Under the pieces are notes generated by a model that worked only from the letters and a program-made list of their open reading frames with translations, searched no databases and was not told where the DNA came from. The position numbers were made by a program, and so were the translations under genes. Shown piece by piece: positions 16,664 to 25,902 of a DNA stretch of 64,000 nucleotides (positions are counted from its first letter, which is position 1; every line of letters begins with the position of its first letter). The stretch is taken from positions 1 to 64,000 of the IMG/VR virus record IMGVR_UViG_3300030101_001745; one strand, given 5' to 3'. Source of the stretch: a virus.

Positions 16664-17761
16664 ATGGTCAAACTAGGTTCCCCAAGTGATTTTACGTCTA
16701 TCAACCCAAACTACACAATAGGAAATGGATTCTACACTACTCACACAGATGTTTCTAACTTACTCCAAATAGAGTCTTTTACAGATTTCTCTACACCAAC
16801 GAGAGCAGAGGTAGGTAAACTCATCAAGAGAGTAGAAGAAAAGATAGATGATGCAACCAAGCACTCATACAGACCACTAATCTACAAAGATGAGTTTTCT
16901 TCGTTTGAGGCAAATCGCCATCTTATGTATCCTGTAACCATGTACAGGGATTACATTGGTTTCGTGCAATTGGAATTTCCGAAGGTTCAGAAACTTGTGA
17001 GGTTAGAGATATGGCAAGGAAGCGATTGGGTGGACTTGGCTTCTGCTACTGCTAGTATCACAATGCCATCCTCTGCTACTACTAATTCGCAGACTTGGAA
17101 GATTACACTAACCGCAGGAACGTTCACCTTTGAGATAATAGAGGGAACTCATTTCTTTGACTCCTTCGGGCCAAAGACAACAGCCAGTCAATTGGTGGAT
17201 GCAATCAACGAGGTATACCCAATGAAGACTGCTAAGTTTACAGGAGAAACTGCGCGTAAGACTGTAACTGCCGTTGGAAACACATCAGTCAATATATCTG
17301 ATTTCTTCTATGCTACCAAAGATGGTGACAAGGTAACAATCTCATCATTGTTGATGGGCGATGATGGCTCTAGTTGCACCATTACTTCTGTTGATACGCA
17401 GAATGGGAATGCAGGAGTGGGAAGTGTATCTGGATTCACAGACCATGAGACACAAGGGAGGCTAGATGATTTCTGGCAGATAAGCCATGAAGGTAAGATA
17501 TTCTTTCACAGTAAGTATCCATTCATCAAGAATCACTCCATTAGAGTCACATATGTCGCAGGTGATGGAAGAGTACCTGCACCTATTCACGAAGCCGCTA
17601 CGAAACTAGTAGCCGCCGAAGTAATTAGGCATGATGACAATTCTATCCTTGTTGCTGAAACAGGTTCAAACATCGACTTGAAGACCAAGCACGATATACT
17701 AATTGAAGAGGCGAACAAGATTATTGATGGGAAGAAGAACATCATCCATTTCATATCGTGA
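16664..17761 (+). CDS. Head-tail adaptor (gp6/gp15-like) with an inserted beta domain
   Basis: C-terminal IRVTYVAGDGRVPAPIHEAATKLVAAE resembles connector proteins; position before the tail genes. Confidence 0.65.
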   Translation: MVKLGSPSDFTSINPNYTIGNGFYTTHTDVSNLLQIESFTDFSTPTRAEVGKLIKRVEEKIDDATKHSYRPLIYKDEFSSFEANRHLMYPVTMYRDYIGFVQLEFPKVQKLVRLEIWQGSDWVDLASATASITMPSSATTNSQTWKITLTAGTFTFEIIEGTHFFDSFGPKTTASQLVDAINEVYPMKTAKFTGETARKTVTAVGNTSVNISDFFYATKDGDKVTISSLLMGDDGSSCTITSVDTQNGNAGVGSVSGFTDHETQGRLDDFWQISHEGKIFFHSKYPFIKNHSIRVTYVAGDGRVPAPIHEAATKLVAAEVIRHDDNSILVAETGSNIDLKTKHDILIEEANKIIDGKKNIIHFIS

Positions 17762-17973
17762 TTCAAATGGTAGAAGAAGTAAGAAGAAAATTGCTCAAAG
17801 CCTTGAAGATAGGCAGAGAGGCGGCGGAGAGAGAGATAGAACGAAACGCCATGCTTGCTGATTTGGGCCTTGGGGAGTTTTCTCTATCTGAGAGCGCATT
17901 GAATGAACAGGCTCTAAAGGCCGCAGATGAGGCGTTTGCCAGAAAAATGTCGGAGGCTTTGACAGATGGATGA
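17758..17973 (+). CDS. Small helical hypothetical protein
   Basis: Coupled ORF in the neck region. Confidence 0.6.
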   Translation: MIQMVEEVRRKLLKALKIGREAAEREIERNAMLADLGLGEFSLSESALNEQALKAADEAFARKMSEALTDG

Positions 17974-18541
17974 AGTGACGTTGGTACTACGTTTGCTATC
18001 TGATAGGTGGTCTGCCGCCGCTAGTGCGTTAGTTAGTGCTGGCACGATAACTGCTAGTCACGTTGAAACTCCTAGATTCATTGATGTTCGTTCTATTAAG
18101 CCAAATGAGGGCAGAAGGGTAGATGCAGACCAGAAGGCGATACTCATTGTATACGAAGATTCCAACACCACAGATTATCCAACGATAGACTATGCTGTGA
18201 GAAACGAGACATACACATTCACACTTCATCTTAGAGTCCTACATCGTAGGGATTTCGCAGATGGTTATCCTACTACTGAAACTCCAAGTGAAGCAAATAC
18301 AGAGGCTGGCCTAGTTTTCTCTAGAGATAGACTCAAGGCATTATACGAAATAGCGCGATATATTCTAGAAAATAACTCATTGAGGCCAACCGTCTATGTA
18401 GGTGGTGGGACTTCGGGAACCGTGGAAGGTAACGCAGACCTCATCAAACTTCAAAGCAGGTCGGAAGCCAATGACCGTGGAAAAAGGTTATTGGGCTACA
18501 AACTAGCGGTTGAGATGAAGCGGTTCGCTCGGACAGTATAG
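17966..18541 (+). CDS. Putative tail terminator / completion protein
   Basis: Position directly before the tail tube; alpha/beta pattern. Confidence 0.5.
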   Translation: MDEVTLVLRLLSDRWSAAASALVSAGTITASHVETPRFIDVRSIKPNEGRRVDADQKAILIVYEDSNTTDYPTIDYAVRNETYTFTLHLRVLHRRDFADGYPTTETPSEANTEAGLVFSRDRLKALYEIARYILENNSLRPTVYVGGGTSGTVEGNADLIKLQSRSEANDRGKRLLGYKLAVEMKRFARTV

Positions 18542-18555
18542 GTGGGATAATTTCA

Positions 18556-20109
18556 GTGAGTAATGAGGTATTTATTGGCGCAGGTGCAATGACTACATTA
18601 GCCCCGGAGTGTGACATTTTTCTACATCAATGTGACATCTCTGGAGCAGTAGCAACATTAGATGGGGCTGTTGATGATGACTTTCTATTAGTTCCCGGTC
18701 TATACAAGGGATGTATTGCTAAAATTCACAATGGTACGGCGGCAGATACCCAATATCTTGTGATAAAGGACAACTCTTCTACGACTCTCACATTCGATGA
18801 GACTCTAGTAAAGAATGGTAGCAACCATGCTAACTTGGTCATTCTAGCGTTTGGCGCACCAGTACCGGGGCCAAAGAATGGAAACAAGACAACTCTACTA
18901 TCAGACCATTGGCTAGGACTAGTCAATACATTCAATCCGCCTTCGGTAGAAGTCGAGATGAAGCAATTGAATCTAGCAACTGGAAGCACACGCAACTTCG
19001 GATTCCAGTTCAAGGGCAATGAGACAGTAAGCGGTGGTTCTATTGACATTGCATTGAACAATGGTTCTTGGCTATACTACGCATTAGGTAAGTATGCAAT
19101 AGATACCACAATGGAAACTTCTACGCACATACATTCAACTAACGAAGGAACATACGTCAATCCGGGCGATGAGAGCATTGTCCGAGCAATAGGAGGGGCT
19201 TTCTATCCGCCTATACACACTAGCCTAACTCCAGCATATAGAGAAGGCACAGATACCACAGACCCAGATTTTCATCTTGTTCAAGCATCAAGCATTAGTA
19301 ATGGGGTAGAAAGTAAGTTGTACGAATACACATTCACAGAGGCAAACGGTTCGGCTCTTCCATCCTTCGCAATAGAGATGTGCTACGCCAAGGAAGGTAG
19401 AACTGCAACAGAGGTCGTTGATGATAACACCAACAACTCAAACATGTATGCAAGGGTCTTCACAGGAAACCAAGTAAACTCCCTTGCAATCAACTTTGAG
19501 GAAGGACAGGAAGTCAAGGCTTCCGTGGATTTCGTTACTAGGAGAGCGTTCGATGTTCCCGGTGCAAGTGCAAGTACCACCTTCGATGGTCACATACCAA
19601 ACAGAGGGAAACTACAGGCAAGCGAGTTGCTTAACTTTGGTACAGATGCAGAGAACCAACCCTTCATGTTCTCATCTGGGGCAATCAAGATATTCGGGCA
19701 GACCTTTGCCAGAGTAAAGAATGGTAACATTACCATCAACAATAACATAACCCCTCACAGATTCATAGGTAATTACAGTCGGGAAGTGACATCAATGCAC
19801 GTACCCGGACAGAGAACCTATGATGCATCATTTACACTATTAATCACAGACACCAAGGTATGGGATGAGTTGAGAACAGAGACAGAGCATTCCGGTGGAG
19901 TAATCGAGGTTTCCTTTGTCAAGGATTCTGGCGAACTTCTCAAGTTGCAACTCAATGATTACTTGGTACAGAACGTAACAGTTCCCCTACCCGATGACAA
20001 AGGTGCAGTTGAAGTAGAGTTGGCAGTATCTGCTAGAAGCCTAGGTACAGTCCAATACAAAGGAAGATGGCATGTATTGTCAATCGGAGGTGTTGCTACG
20101 AGCGAGTAA
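18556..20109 (+). CDS. Major tail tube protein with extra domains
   Basis: LPSFAIE, RVFTGNQVNSLAINFEEGQEVKASVDF, GQRTYDASFTL patterns typical of siphovirus tube proteins; followed by chaperone and TMP. Confidence 0.75.
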   Translation: MSNEVFIGAGAMTTLAPECDIFLHQCDISGAVATLDGAVDDDFLLVPGLYKGCIAKIHNGTAADTQYLVIKDNSSTTLTFDETLVKNGSNHANLVILAFGAPVPGPKNGNKTTLLSDHWLGLVNTFNPPSVEVEMKQLNLATGSTRNFGFQFKGNETVSGGSIDIALNNGSWLYYALGKYAIDTTMETSTHIHSTNEGTYVNPGDESIVRAIGGAFYPPIHTSLTPAYREGTDTTDPDFHLVQASSISNGVESKLYEYTFTEANGSALPSFAIEMCYAKEGRTATEVVDDNTNNSNMYARVFTGNQVNSLAINFEEGQEVKASVDFVTRRAFDVPGASASTTFDGHIPNRGKLQASELLNFGTDAENQPFMFSSGAIKIFGQTFARVKNGNITINNNITPHRFIGNYSREVTSMHVPGQRTYDASFTLLITDTKVWDELRTETEHSGGVIEVSFVKDSGELLKLQLNDYLVQNVTVPLPDDKGAVEVELAVSARSLGTVQYKGRWHVLSIGGVATSE

Positions 20110-20174
20110 GCAACATTAATCAAATTCCACCAACATTGTTTGTTTGTTGGTTTGTGTTATAGGTGGAATAAAAA

Positions 20175-20528
20175 ATGAGTGAAATAGTAAATGACAAGAA
20201 TATGCTGTTCGCAAGAACAGAAAGCGAATGCCATGAATTGAAAGTAAGCCCGGATTCAGAACAGGTTCTGAAAGTCTGGGTAAAGGAACCTACTTGGCTA
20301 CAAGTAGAACAAGCCTTATCTTCTGTTATGCAGTTATCAGAGGATAGTATGAATCTAGACTTGAATAAAATGTACAGATTCATGGCTGAAGAATTTATCG
20401 ACAAGACCGAGCCATCTCTATCGACTACGGAGATTCTTAGGTTAAGCCCCTTCATCGGAGAACAACTAAAGGATATTCTCCCTAACCCATTCACCGATTT
20501 GATGGAGGCTGATACGGGAAAAGTCTAG
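20175..20528 (+). CDS. Tail assembly chaperone (gpG-like)
   Basis: Between tail tube and TMP; ends in slippery heptamer G GGA AAA. Confidence 0.75.
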   Translation: MSEIVNDKNMLFARTESECHELKVSPDSEQVLKVWVKEPTWLQVEQALSSVMQLSEDSMNLDLNKMYRFMAEEFIDKTEPSLSTTEILRLSPFIGEQLKDILPNPFTDLMEADTGKV

Positions 20529-20746
20529 CGATACGTCAAGCATTAGAAGGAAGAGCGAGTGACCCTTCTGTGTCATTCTCGGTTCTTCTATACACATATT
20601 GCAAGACATTCGGCATAGACCCACACCACGCAAAACATACTCCATTGAGCCTAATGATGGAGATGTTGATGATACACGGAGAAGTAGAGAAATACAAATC
20701 GGATGAGATAGAAAAAGAGTCAAAGAGGATGAGAGAAAATGGTTGA
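20516..20746 (+). CDS. gpT-like extension produced by -1 frameshift (gpGT = 20175..20746)
   Basis: The -1 frame is open from GGGAAAA (20516-20522): GKSLAIRQALEG...YTYCKTFGIDPHHA...RENG*; it fills the gap to the TMP. Confidence 0.8.
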   Translation, partial: GKSLAIRQALEGRASDPSVSFSVLLYTYCKTFGIDPHHAKHTPLSLMMEMLMIHGEVEKYKSDEIEKESKRMRENG

Positions 20747-22115
20747 TGTAGCATCATCCACTTCTGCATTGACCGAGGCTATTGCACAACTGAACGCCGA
20801 GACTGATAGCCTAGTAGTAAAGTTCGGTGAGATTTCAGATAGCAGTAAGGTATGGACAATAGCATCTAGGATTCTTTCGGGTTCTGGATTGTGGAAACTA
20901 CAGAATAGGATTCGTGCCGTAGGACAGACAATCAACGTTTTCAACGAGGCCAATAACAAGGCTCTAGAGAATCAGATGAAGCAGATGGAAGCCAACCAGA
21001 AGTTGGCTAAGACCATGATGAAACTCAAGAAGGAATACAAGGAGATAGGTCAATCCGATTACTTCAAGCAAATGAAGAAGGGATTGATGGCGAAGGGATA
21101 TACTGAGAAAGACGCAACCAAACTCGCAAAGGAACAAATTCAAGGACAATATGCTCAAGTACAGAAAGGTCTGGAAGGTAGGATATCTACCAAAGCAGGA
21201 TTCAGAGATTTTCTAAAGACTGGAAAGGTACAGGAATTATCAGCAGAAAGAGGAATGCTCAGAGATAAGAAGGGAAGATTCACCGGAAAGGGAATAACAG
21301 GCATAAGCCAAAAAATGTCTGATGCAGGTATAGGTGGATTTACTGCAAACATGCTATCAAACACATTCAAGAAAATGAAATGGACTAAAGAAATAATTAT
21401 GCAAGGTAAGTTCAGAAAGAAAGCAGAAGCAGTCAATGACTGGTTCAAGAAGAAACTGACTACGTTTGGCAGATTCTTAGATGTGGGTCTTTCCGTCTTA
21501 CTAAAACTAACTATGGGTCTATTGTTAATTACATTCTTTGTGATGATAGTCAGGAAGGTGTGGCCTAAGTTCACGGCTACACTAGACCAATTAGGTGGGC
21601 TGAAACCACAATTAAACCAAATATGGAGTGGATTGAAGGGTGTTCTTGGTGGTCTATTCACCATGTTCCAAGGTGTGTTCCAAGGAGACTTCGGTAAGGT
21701 ATGGAAAGGATTTACGAAGGTTCTGAAAGGATTCTGGAATATACTGCTAGGTGCGTTGTTTGGATTGGGTAAGATAATCATAGCGGCTCTAGTAGGACTA
21801 GGGAAGGCAATAGTCCATGGTTATCGAAGCATTGCCCCAAGTTGGCTAGGTGGATATGCGACTGGTGGGGTTACACCAAGAAGCGGAGTAGCGTTGGTAG
21901 GAGAAAGAGGGCCAGAGTTGGTATCGCTTCCAGCAGGTGCTAGAGTACACAACAACACAGAAAGTAAGAGAATGATGGGAGGACACACAATCAATGTCCA
22001 TGTGAATGGCAGGGTTGGTGCTTCTGATGCAGAGATACGAGACATCGCTACAAAGGTAGCAAGGGAGATAGGAATACAGATGAACAGAACGACAAGCGTG
22101 GTAGGTAGATTCTGA
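20739..22115 (+). CDS. Tape measure protein (short, 458 aa)
   Basis: Helical, G/W/F-periodic region with a hydrophobic segment; C-terminal YATGG..ALVGERGPELV motif. Confidence 0.85.
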   Translation: MVDVASSTSALTEAIAQLNAETDSLVVKFGEISDSSKVWTIASRILSGSGLWKLQNRIRAVGQTINVFNEANNKALENQMKQMEANQKLAKTMMKLKKEYKEIGQSDYFKQMKKGLMAKGYTEKDATKLAKEQIQGQYAQVQKGLEGRISTKAGFRDFLKTGKVQELSAERGMLRDKKGRFTGKGITGISQKMSDAGIGGFTANMLSNTFKKMKWTKEIIMQGKFRKKAEAVNDWFKKKLTTFGRFLDVGLSVLLKLTMGLLLITFFVMIVRKVWPKFTATLDQLGGLKPQLNQIWSGLKGVLGGLFTMFQGVFQGDFGKVWKGFTKVLKGFWNILLGALFGLGKIIIAALVGLGKAIVHGYRSIAPSWLGGYATGGVTPRSGVALVGERGPELVSLPAGARVHNNTESKRMMGGHTINVHVNGRVGASDAEIRDIATKVAREIGIQMNRTTSVVGRF

Positions 22116-22831
22116 TGCCCGGTGAGAACTTCAATAACTTCAAGGTCTTCTTGGAATTACAAAGAAGAAATGACGAAGGCATGAATGATGGTGCGGTGAA
22201 CAGAATACCGCTATTCGTAGACAACCTCGGCATAACCACATCAAAGAGCGTAATGGCGATACCCGTTCCCTTCTCTGGTGCTATACAGGGAGAGTCTCTG
22301 AATCTAGCCTTCGATGTGGGTATGGCTCAGAAGACAATAAACATGTCCGGTCAACTACTAGGACAGACCATAGTGAAGAAGAGAGATGGTTCTGCGGCCA
22401 AGACCGTAAAGATGACTTCCTATGAAATGGCCCAACTCATACATTCGTATGTGGATTCAAGTACATTCCAAGATGACCAGAACATGAACAAACTAATCGT
22501 TCTAGGCCCAACCAGAGTAGGGTTCAACTTTGACTATCATGCCGGGGCAGAGAATGCAGATGTCTCAGATTTGAAGATGATGCCCTTCTCTTGGAAAACT
22601 AGGGGATACGACAACAGTTTCACTCGATATGATTATGATGCAGAAGCAGGGACTGGAGCAAACTCCGAATGGTTTACTCCCTATACTGGAGCAGAGGAAG
22701 TTAGCGTTGGCATAACTGGGTTTATTCAGAACTTCAACACGACCATGGATGGGTCTACGTTTCCTGCGGTTGGTTTTACAATGGACTTTACAGAAGCCTT
22801 CGTGCTATCGGAGAACTTCTTGGATGGGTGA
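22115..22831 (+). CDS. Putative distal tail / baseplate hub protein
   Basis: Immediately after the TMP (TGATG overlap); tube-like beta pattern. Confidence 0.55.
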   Translation: MPGENFNNFKVFLELQRRNDEGMNDGAVNRIPLFVDNLGITTSKSVMAIPVPFSGAIQGESLNLAFDVGMAQKTINMSGQLLGQTIVKKRDGSAAKTVKMTSYEMAQLIHSYVDSSTFQDDQNMNKLIVLGPTRVGFNFDYHAGAENADVSDLKMMPFSWKTRGYDNSFTRYDYDAEAGTGANSEWFTPYTGAEEVSVGITGFIQNFNTTMDGSTFPAVGFTMDFTEAFVLSENFLDG

Positions 22832-25800
22832 AAATGGTCAATGCATACATCGAGGACTCATACAAATTGGTATTTCCAATATTGTGCAACGGTTATCTGA
22901 ACATTGATTATGATGCGCCGATTGCGCTTTCTGGAACTAAAGTCTCTACAGGAGTTCTAGTAAATGGTGCAGTAACCAATTCCTCTACAACTAACATAGC
23001 CGTGGATACGGTAGATGCTACTACCAAGTTCTCAAAGGGAGATAACGTGTATGATGCTGATGGGAATACAGTAGGGCAGGTATCTTCTGTTACGGCTACG
23101 CAGATTACCTTGACATCCAATAACGCTCAAGCACTAAGCAATGACGAGAACCTCAAACAAGACCTAACCTCAGTATCTTCTCTACGAAATAGGAGTATAT
23201 GGTCCGATGATGCGGAAGTAGGAGTAACCAATGGATTTGTGTTAGAGGCAATATTGACTCCTTACGATGTAAATGGCATTGGTTCTAGGACTGCGGGGCG
23301 ACATGGCGTTCTTGATTCTCAGAAAACCCCGCCTTATCCTAATGACAATTCCAGTGATGTTGCTGATAGAACAGCATATGAAAGCGTAGACTATCTTGGT
23401 TCTTCTGCATACCTACAACAAAAGATGATGATATTTCACAATGCCAACCTTAAATTCTATTTGCAAAACGTTACTTCTACTTCTTCACTTACGGGTAGTT
23501 CATACAACCAACCCGCAGAGTACAAGTTAGTTGCTGAGTTGACGAAAGGAGGAACTACAGAGAAGATTGAGAGTCACAAGATAATTACTGCAAGTAAGAA
23601 TCTATACGGATACTATGATAATACTGGTTACTACAACGGTATCACTACTAGTCATCGAAGGGTGACTACTAGCGCAACTGGTAGCAATCCGTCTGGTACT
23701 ATAACCATACAAGACTACGATGACTTGGAGAGAAACACAAAATCCACAGGTCAAATCGTCATCTCTGGAGATATAGCAAATTACACGAAACCTGTCAAAG
23801 CAACTGGAAGCATTACAATAGTGCAGAGAAACAATCTGAATACAGATGTAGTTGGTGCTACTGCTGAAGAAGGTACAGTACAATTCTACAATCAACCAGT
23901 CAATGCTGATAATACAAATGTCAATAATCACATTCTAGTAACTCATGAAAGCGGTAATCCTACTAGGAAGTGGTTTGCTCTACCGGGAATAACTAACGGT
24001 GCTGACCTAAGCGGTACTGCATCTGCTGGATTTACTTGGCCTTCTGGTGCTAAAGGATACTTGATAGGGGCTAGTGTGGAAGCAACGGCACAGAACTTCG
24101 CTGATGCAGTTAACGCCGATAACACAGGTTTTGCAGGTTCTGCTTCCAATCCTAGAGATGGTACTGCGATTACGTTCGGATTTAACGCACCCGAAGAAGT
24201 GACGCTGACGGTTGCTATCACAGGTAGCGCACCAAACAGAAAGGGAAATGATGGTGCGGTGCTGTCTGCGGGTAGCACACTGATAGCAAGCAATAACTAT
24301 ACTGAGGCAGATGGTTCAACTCAAGCAGGAGTAAAGATAATTCCTTTCAGTGGTGGGGTTAATGAGTTAATTCTAGGAGAGACTACTGGCTCAAATGACA
24401 ACACGATAAACTACTTCACGCTAACAGATAGTGCTGGCAATACGAAGAACTACTTTCCTGCACATGATTCCACACAAACCACTGGTTCCACTGGAACTAG
24501 AACGTTAGATGACAATAGTACCGTATCGGTAGTCTACTTTAATTTCGCAAGTAACGCAAATAACAATGGTGCGGCTACTGCTCTAGCAAATGTAATCAAT
24601 CACAACAACGGACACGGCAGTACGATAACTGCTGTTGCTAATGGCGCAACAGTAAACCTCACTCATGATTTAACTGGTGCGGCAGGTAATAACGCAACGA
24701 TAGCAAAAGCAAACATTGCCAATAGCGCGGCAACGATATCTGGTTCTAACTTCACAGGCGGAGTCACAGAAACTAATGCAAGCAGTACCCCATTCATACA
24801 ACTAGTAGACAATGCAGGTTCTCCTGTCACTAAGAAGTACGTTCCTGTAGCAAATGGTGGTGCAATTGCTACTGGTGGTTTAAATGGTGGCTCTATTGGA
24901 GATGTATCTGGAGGTATAGCATTCCAAGAGGGAGGAAGCGCATCTGCAACGGCTGATAATCTAAGAACCGCAATTGCTCATAGCAATGGTCATGCAGGTA
25001 GCATACTAACAGATTCGGCAGGTAGTGCCACAATTAATCTAACACAGAATACGATTGGAACAAACACCGCCGCCATAACTTTGGGTAATCTTTCCTCAAA
25101 TATCAGTAAGACTAACTTTAGTGGTGGTGGAACACCAGACAATTTTATCAGCGTTACAGATGCATCTGGTACATTGAAGAAGTACAAGGCTTCAACACAT
25201 GAGGTCACTGGAACAACCGATGGAACATACACCTTCTTCAAAGCAGAGACTAACAACGATACAACTGCCGCCAATCTAGAAACTGCCATAGATGGAGCAA
25301 ATGGTCATAATGGGACATTGATTACAACAAGGGCAAACAATGTGCTAACTGTCAAACTGAATCAAGCGGCTATGGGTAGTGCGGCTATGTCTGATAGCAT
25401 AACTGACTTGGCTACTGTGAATTTCTCAGCAGGAAACAATACGGAAATTAGTGTAGGTTCTGGAGAAGCAACAGAAATAGGGCCGGGGAACAAGATATAT
25501 GATTCATCAATACAGGAGTTAGGAACTGTTGCCTCTGTTAGTGGGGATACTATCACTCTTACTTCTGCTCCTGCATATACTGTAACTTCTACAATCTATA
25601 CAGACCAGAGAAAGGAAGCATTGTATCTTGAGCAAATATTCAAGGTGTCTCTAGTATATAATAGAAATAACCTAGAATTACATCTGAATAACTCTCTGGT
25701 AAAGCAGAAGGCACACAACGTAGCACCATTCTATCTTGATAAGAGTGATTGTCAAATAGGTAGGGGTTCTGGTAATTCAGAGCAATTCTTTGGTGAGTTA

Positions 25801-25902
25801 TTTGAAATTGCCATGCATAAGTCAAAACGCCCATCAACTAACACACATACACTGAGTCCCGGCTTTTCTGATATCTTGTTTTACTATACGTTTGGTGATT
25901 GA
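22828..25902 (+). CDS. Tail-associated protein with LamG-like frame and repeated inserted beta domains
   Basis: C-terminal QIGRG..QFFGELFEIAMH; four ~110-aa repeats ending F(S/T)GG or FSAG. Confidence 0.7.
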   Translation: MKMVNAYIEDSYKLVFPILCNGYLNIDYDAPIALSGTKVSTGVLVNGAVTNSSTTNIAVDTVDATTKFSKGDNVYDADGNTVGQVSSVTATQITLTSNNAQALSNDENLKQDLTSVSSLRNRSIWSDDAEVGVTNGFVLEAILTPYDVNGIGSRTAGRHGVLDSQKTPPYPNDNSSDVADRTAYESVDYLGSSAYLQQKMMIFHNANLKFYLQNVTSTSSLTGSSYNQPAEYKLVAELTKGGTTEKIESHKIITASKNLYGYYDNTGYYNGITTSHRRVTTSATGSNPSGTITIQDYDDLERNTKSTGQIVISGDIANYTKPVKATGSITIVQRNNLNTDVVGATAEEGTVQFYNQPVNADNTNVNNHILVTHESGNPTRKWFALPGITNGADLSGTASAGFTWPSGAKGYLIGASVEATAQNFADAVNADNTGFAGSASNPRDGTAITFGFNAPEEVTLTVAITGSAPNRKGNDGAVLSAGSTLIASNNYTEADGSTQAGVKIIPFSGGVNELILGETTGSNDNTINYFTLTDSAGNTKNYFPAHDSTQTTGSTGTRTLDDNSTVSVVYFNFASNANNNGAATALANVINHNNGHGSTITAVANGATVNLTHDLTGAAGNNATIAKANIANSAATISGSNFTGGVTETNASSTPFIQLVDNAGSPVTKKYVPVANGGAIATGGLNGGSIGDVSGGIAFQEGGSASATADNLRTAIAHSNGHAGSILTDSAGSATINLTQNTIGTNTAAITLGNLSSNISKTNFSGGGTPDNFISVTDASGTLKKYKASTHEVTGTTDGTYTFFKAETNNDTTAANLETAIDGANGHNGTLITTRANNVLTVKLNQAAMGSAAMSDSITDLATVNFSAGNNTEISVGSGEATEIGPGNKIYDSSIQELGTVASVSGDTITLTSAPAYTVTSTIYTDQRKEALYLEQIFKVSLVYNRNNLELHLNNSLVKQKAHNVAPFYLDKSDCQIGRGSGNSEQFFGELFEIAMHKSKRPSTNTHTLSPGFSDILFYYTFGD

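Noticed and set aside
18556-20109. Contractile tail sheath
   Set aside because: The motifs and the tube-chaperone-TMP order fit a non-contractile tube; no separate sheath gene was recognised.
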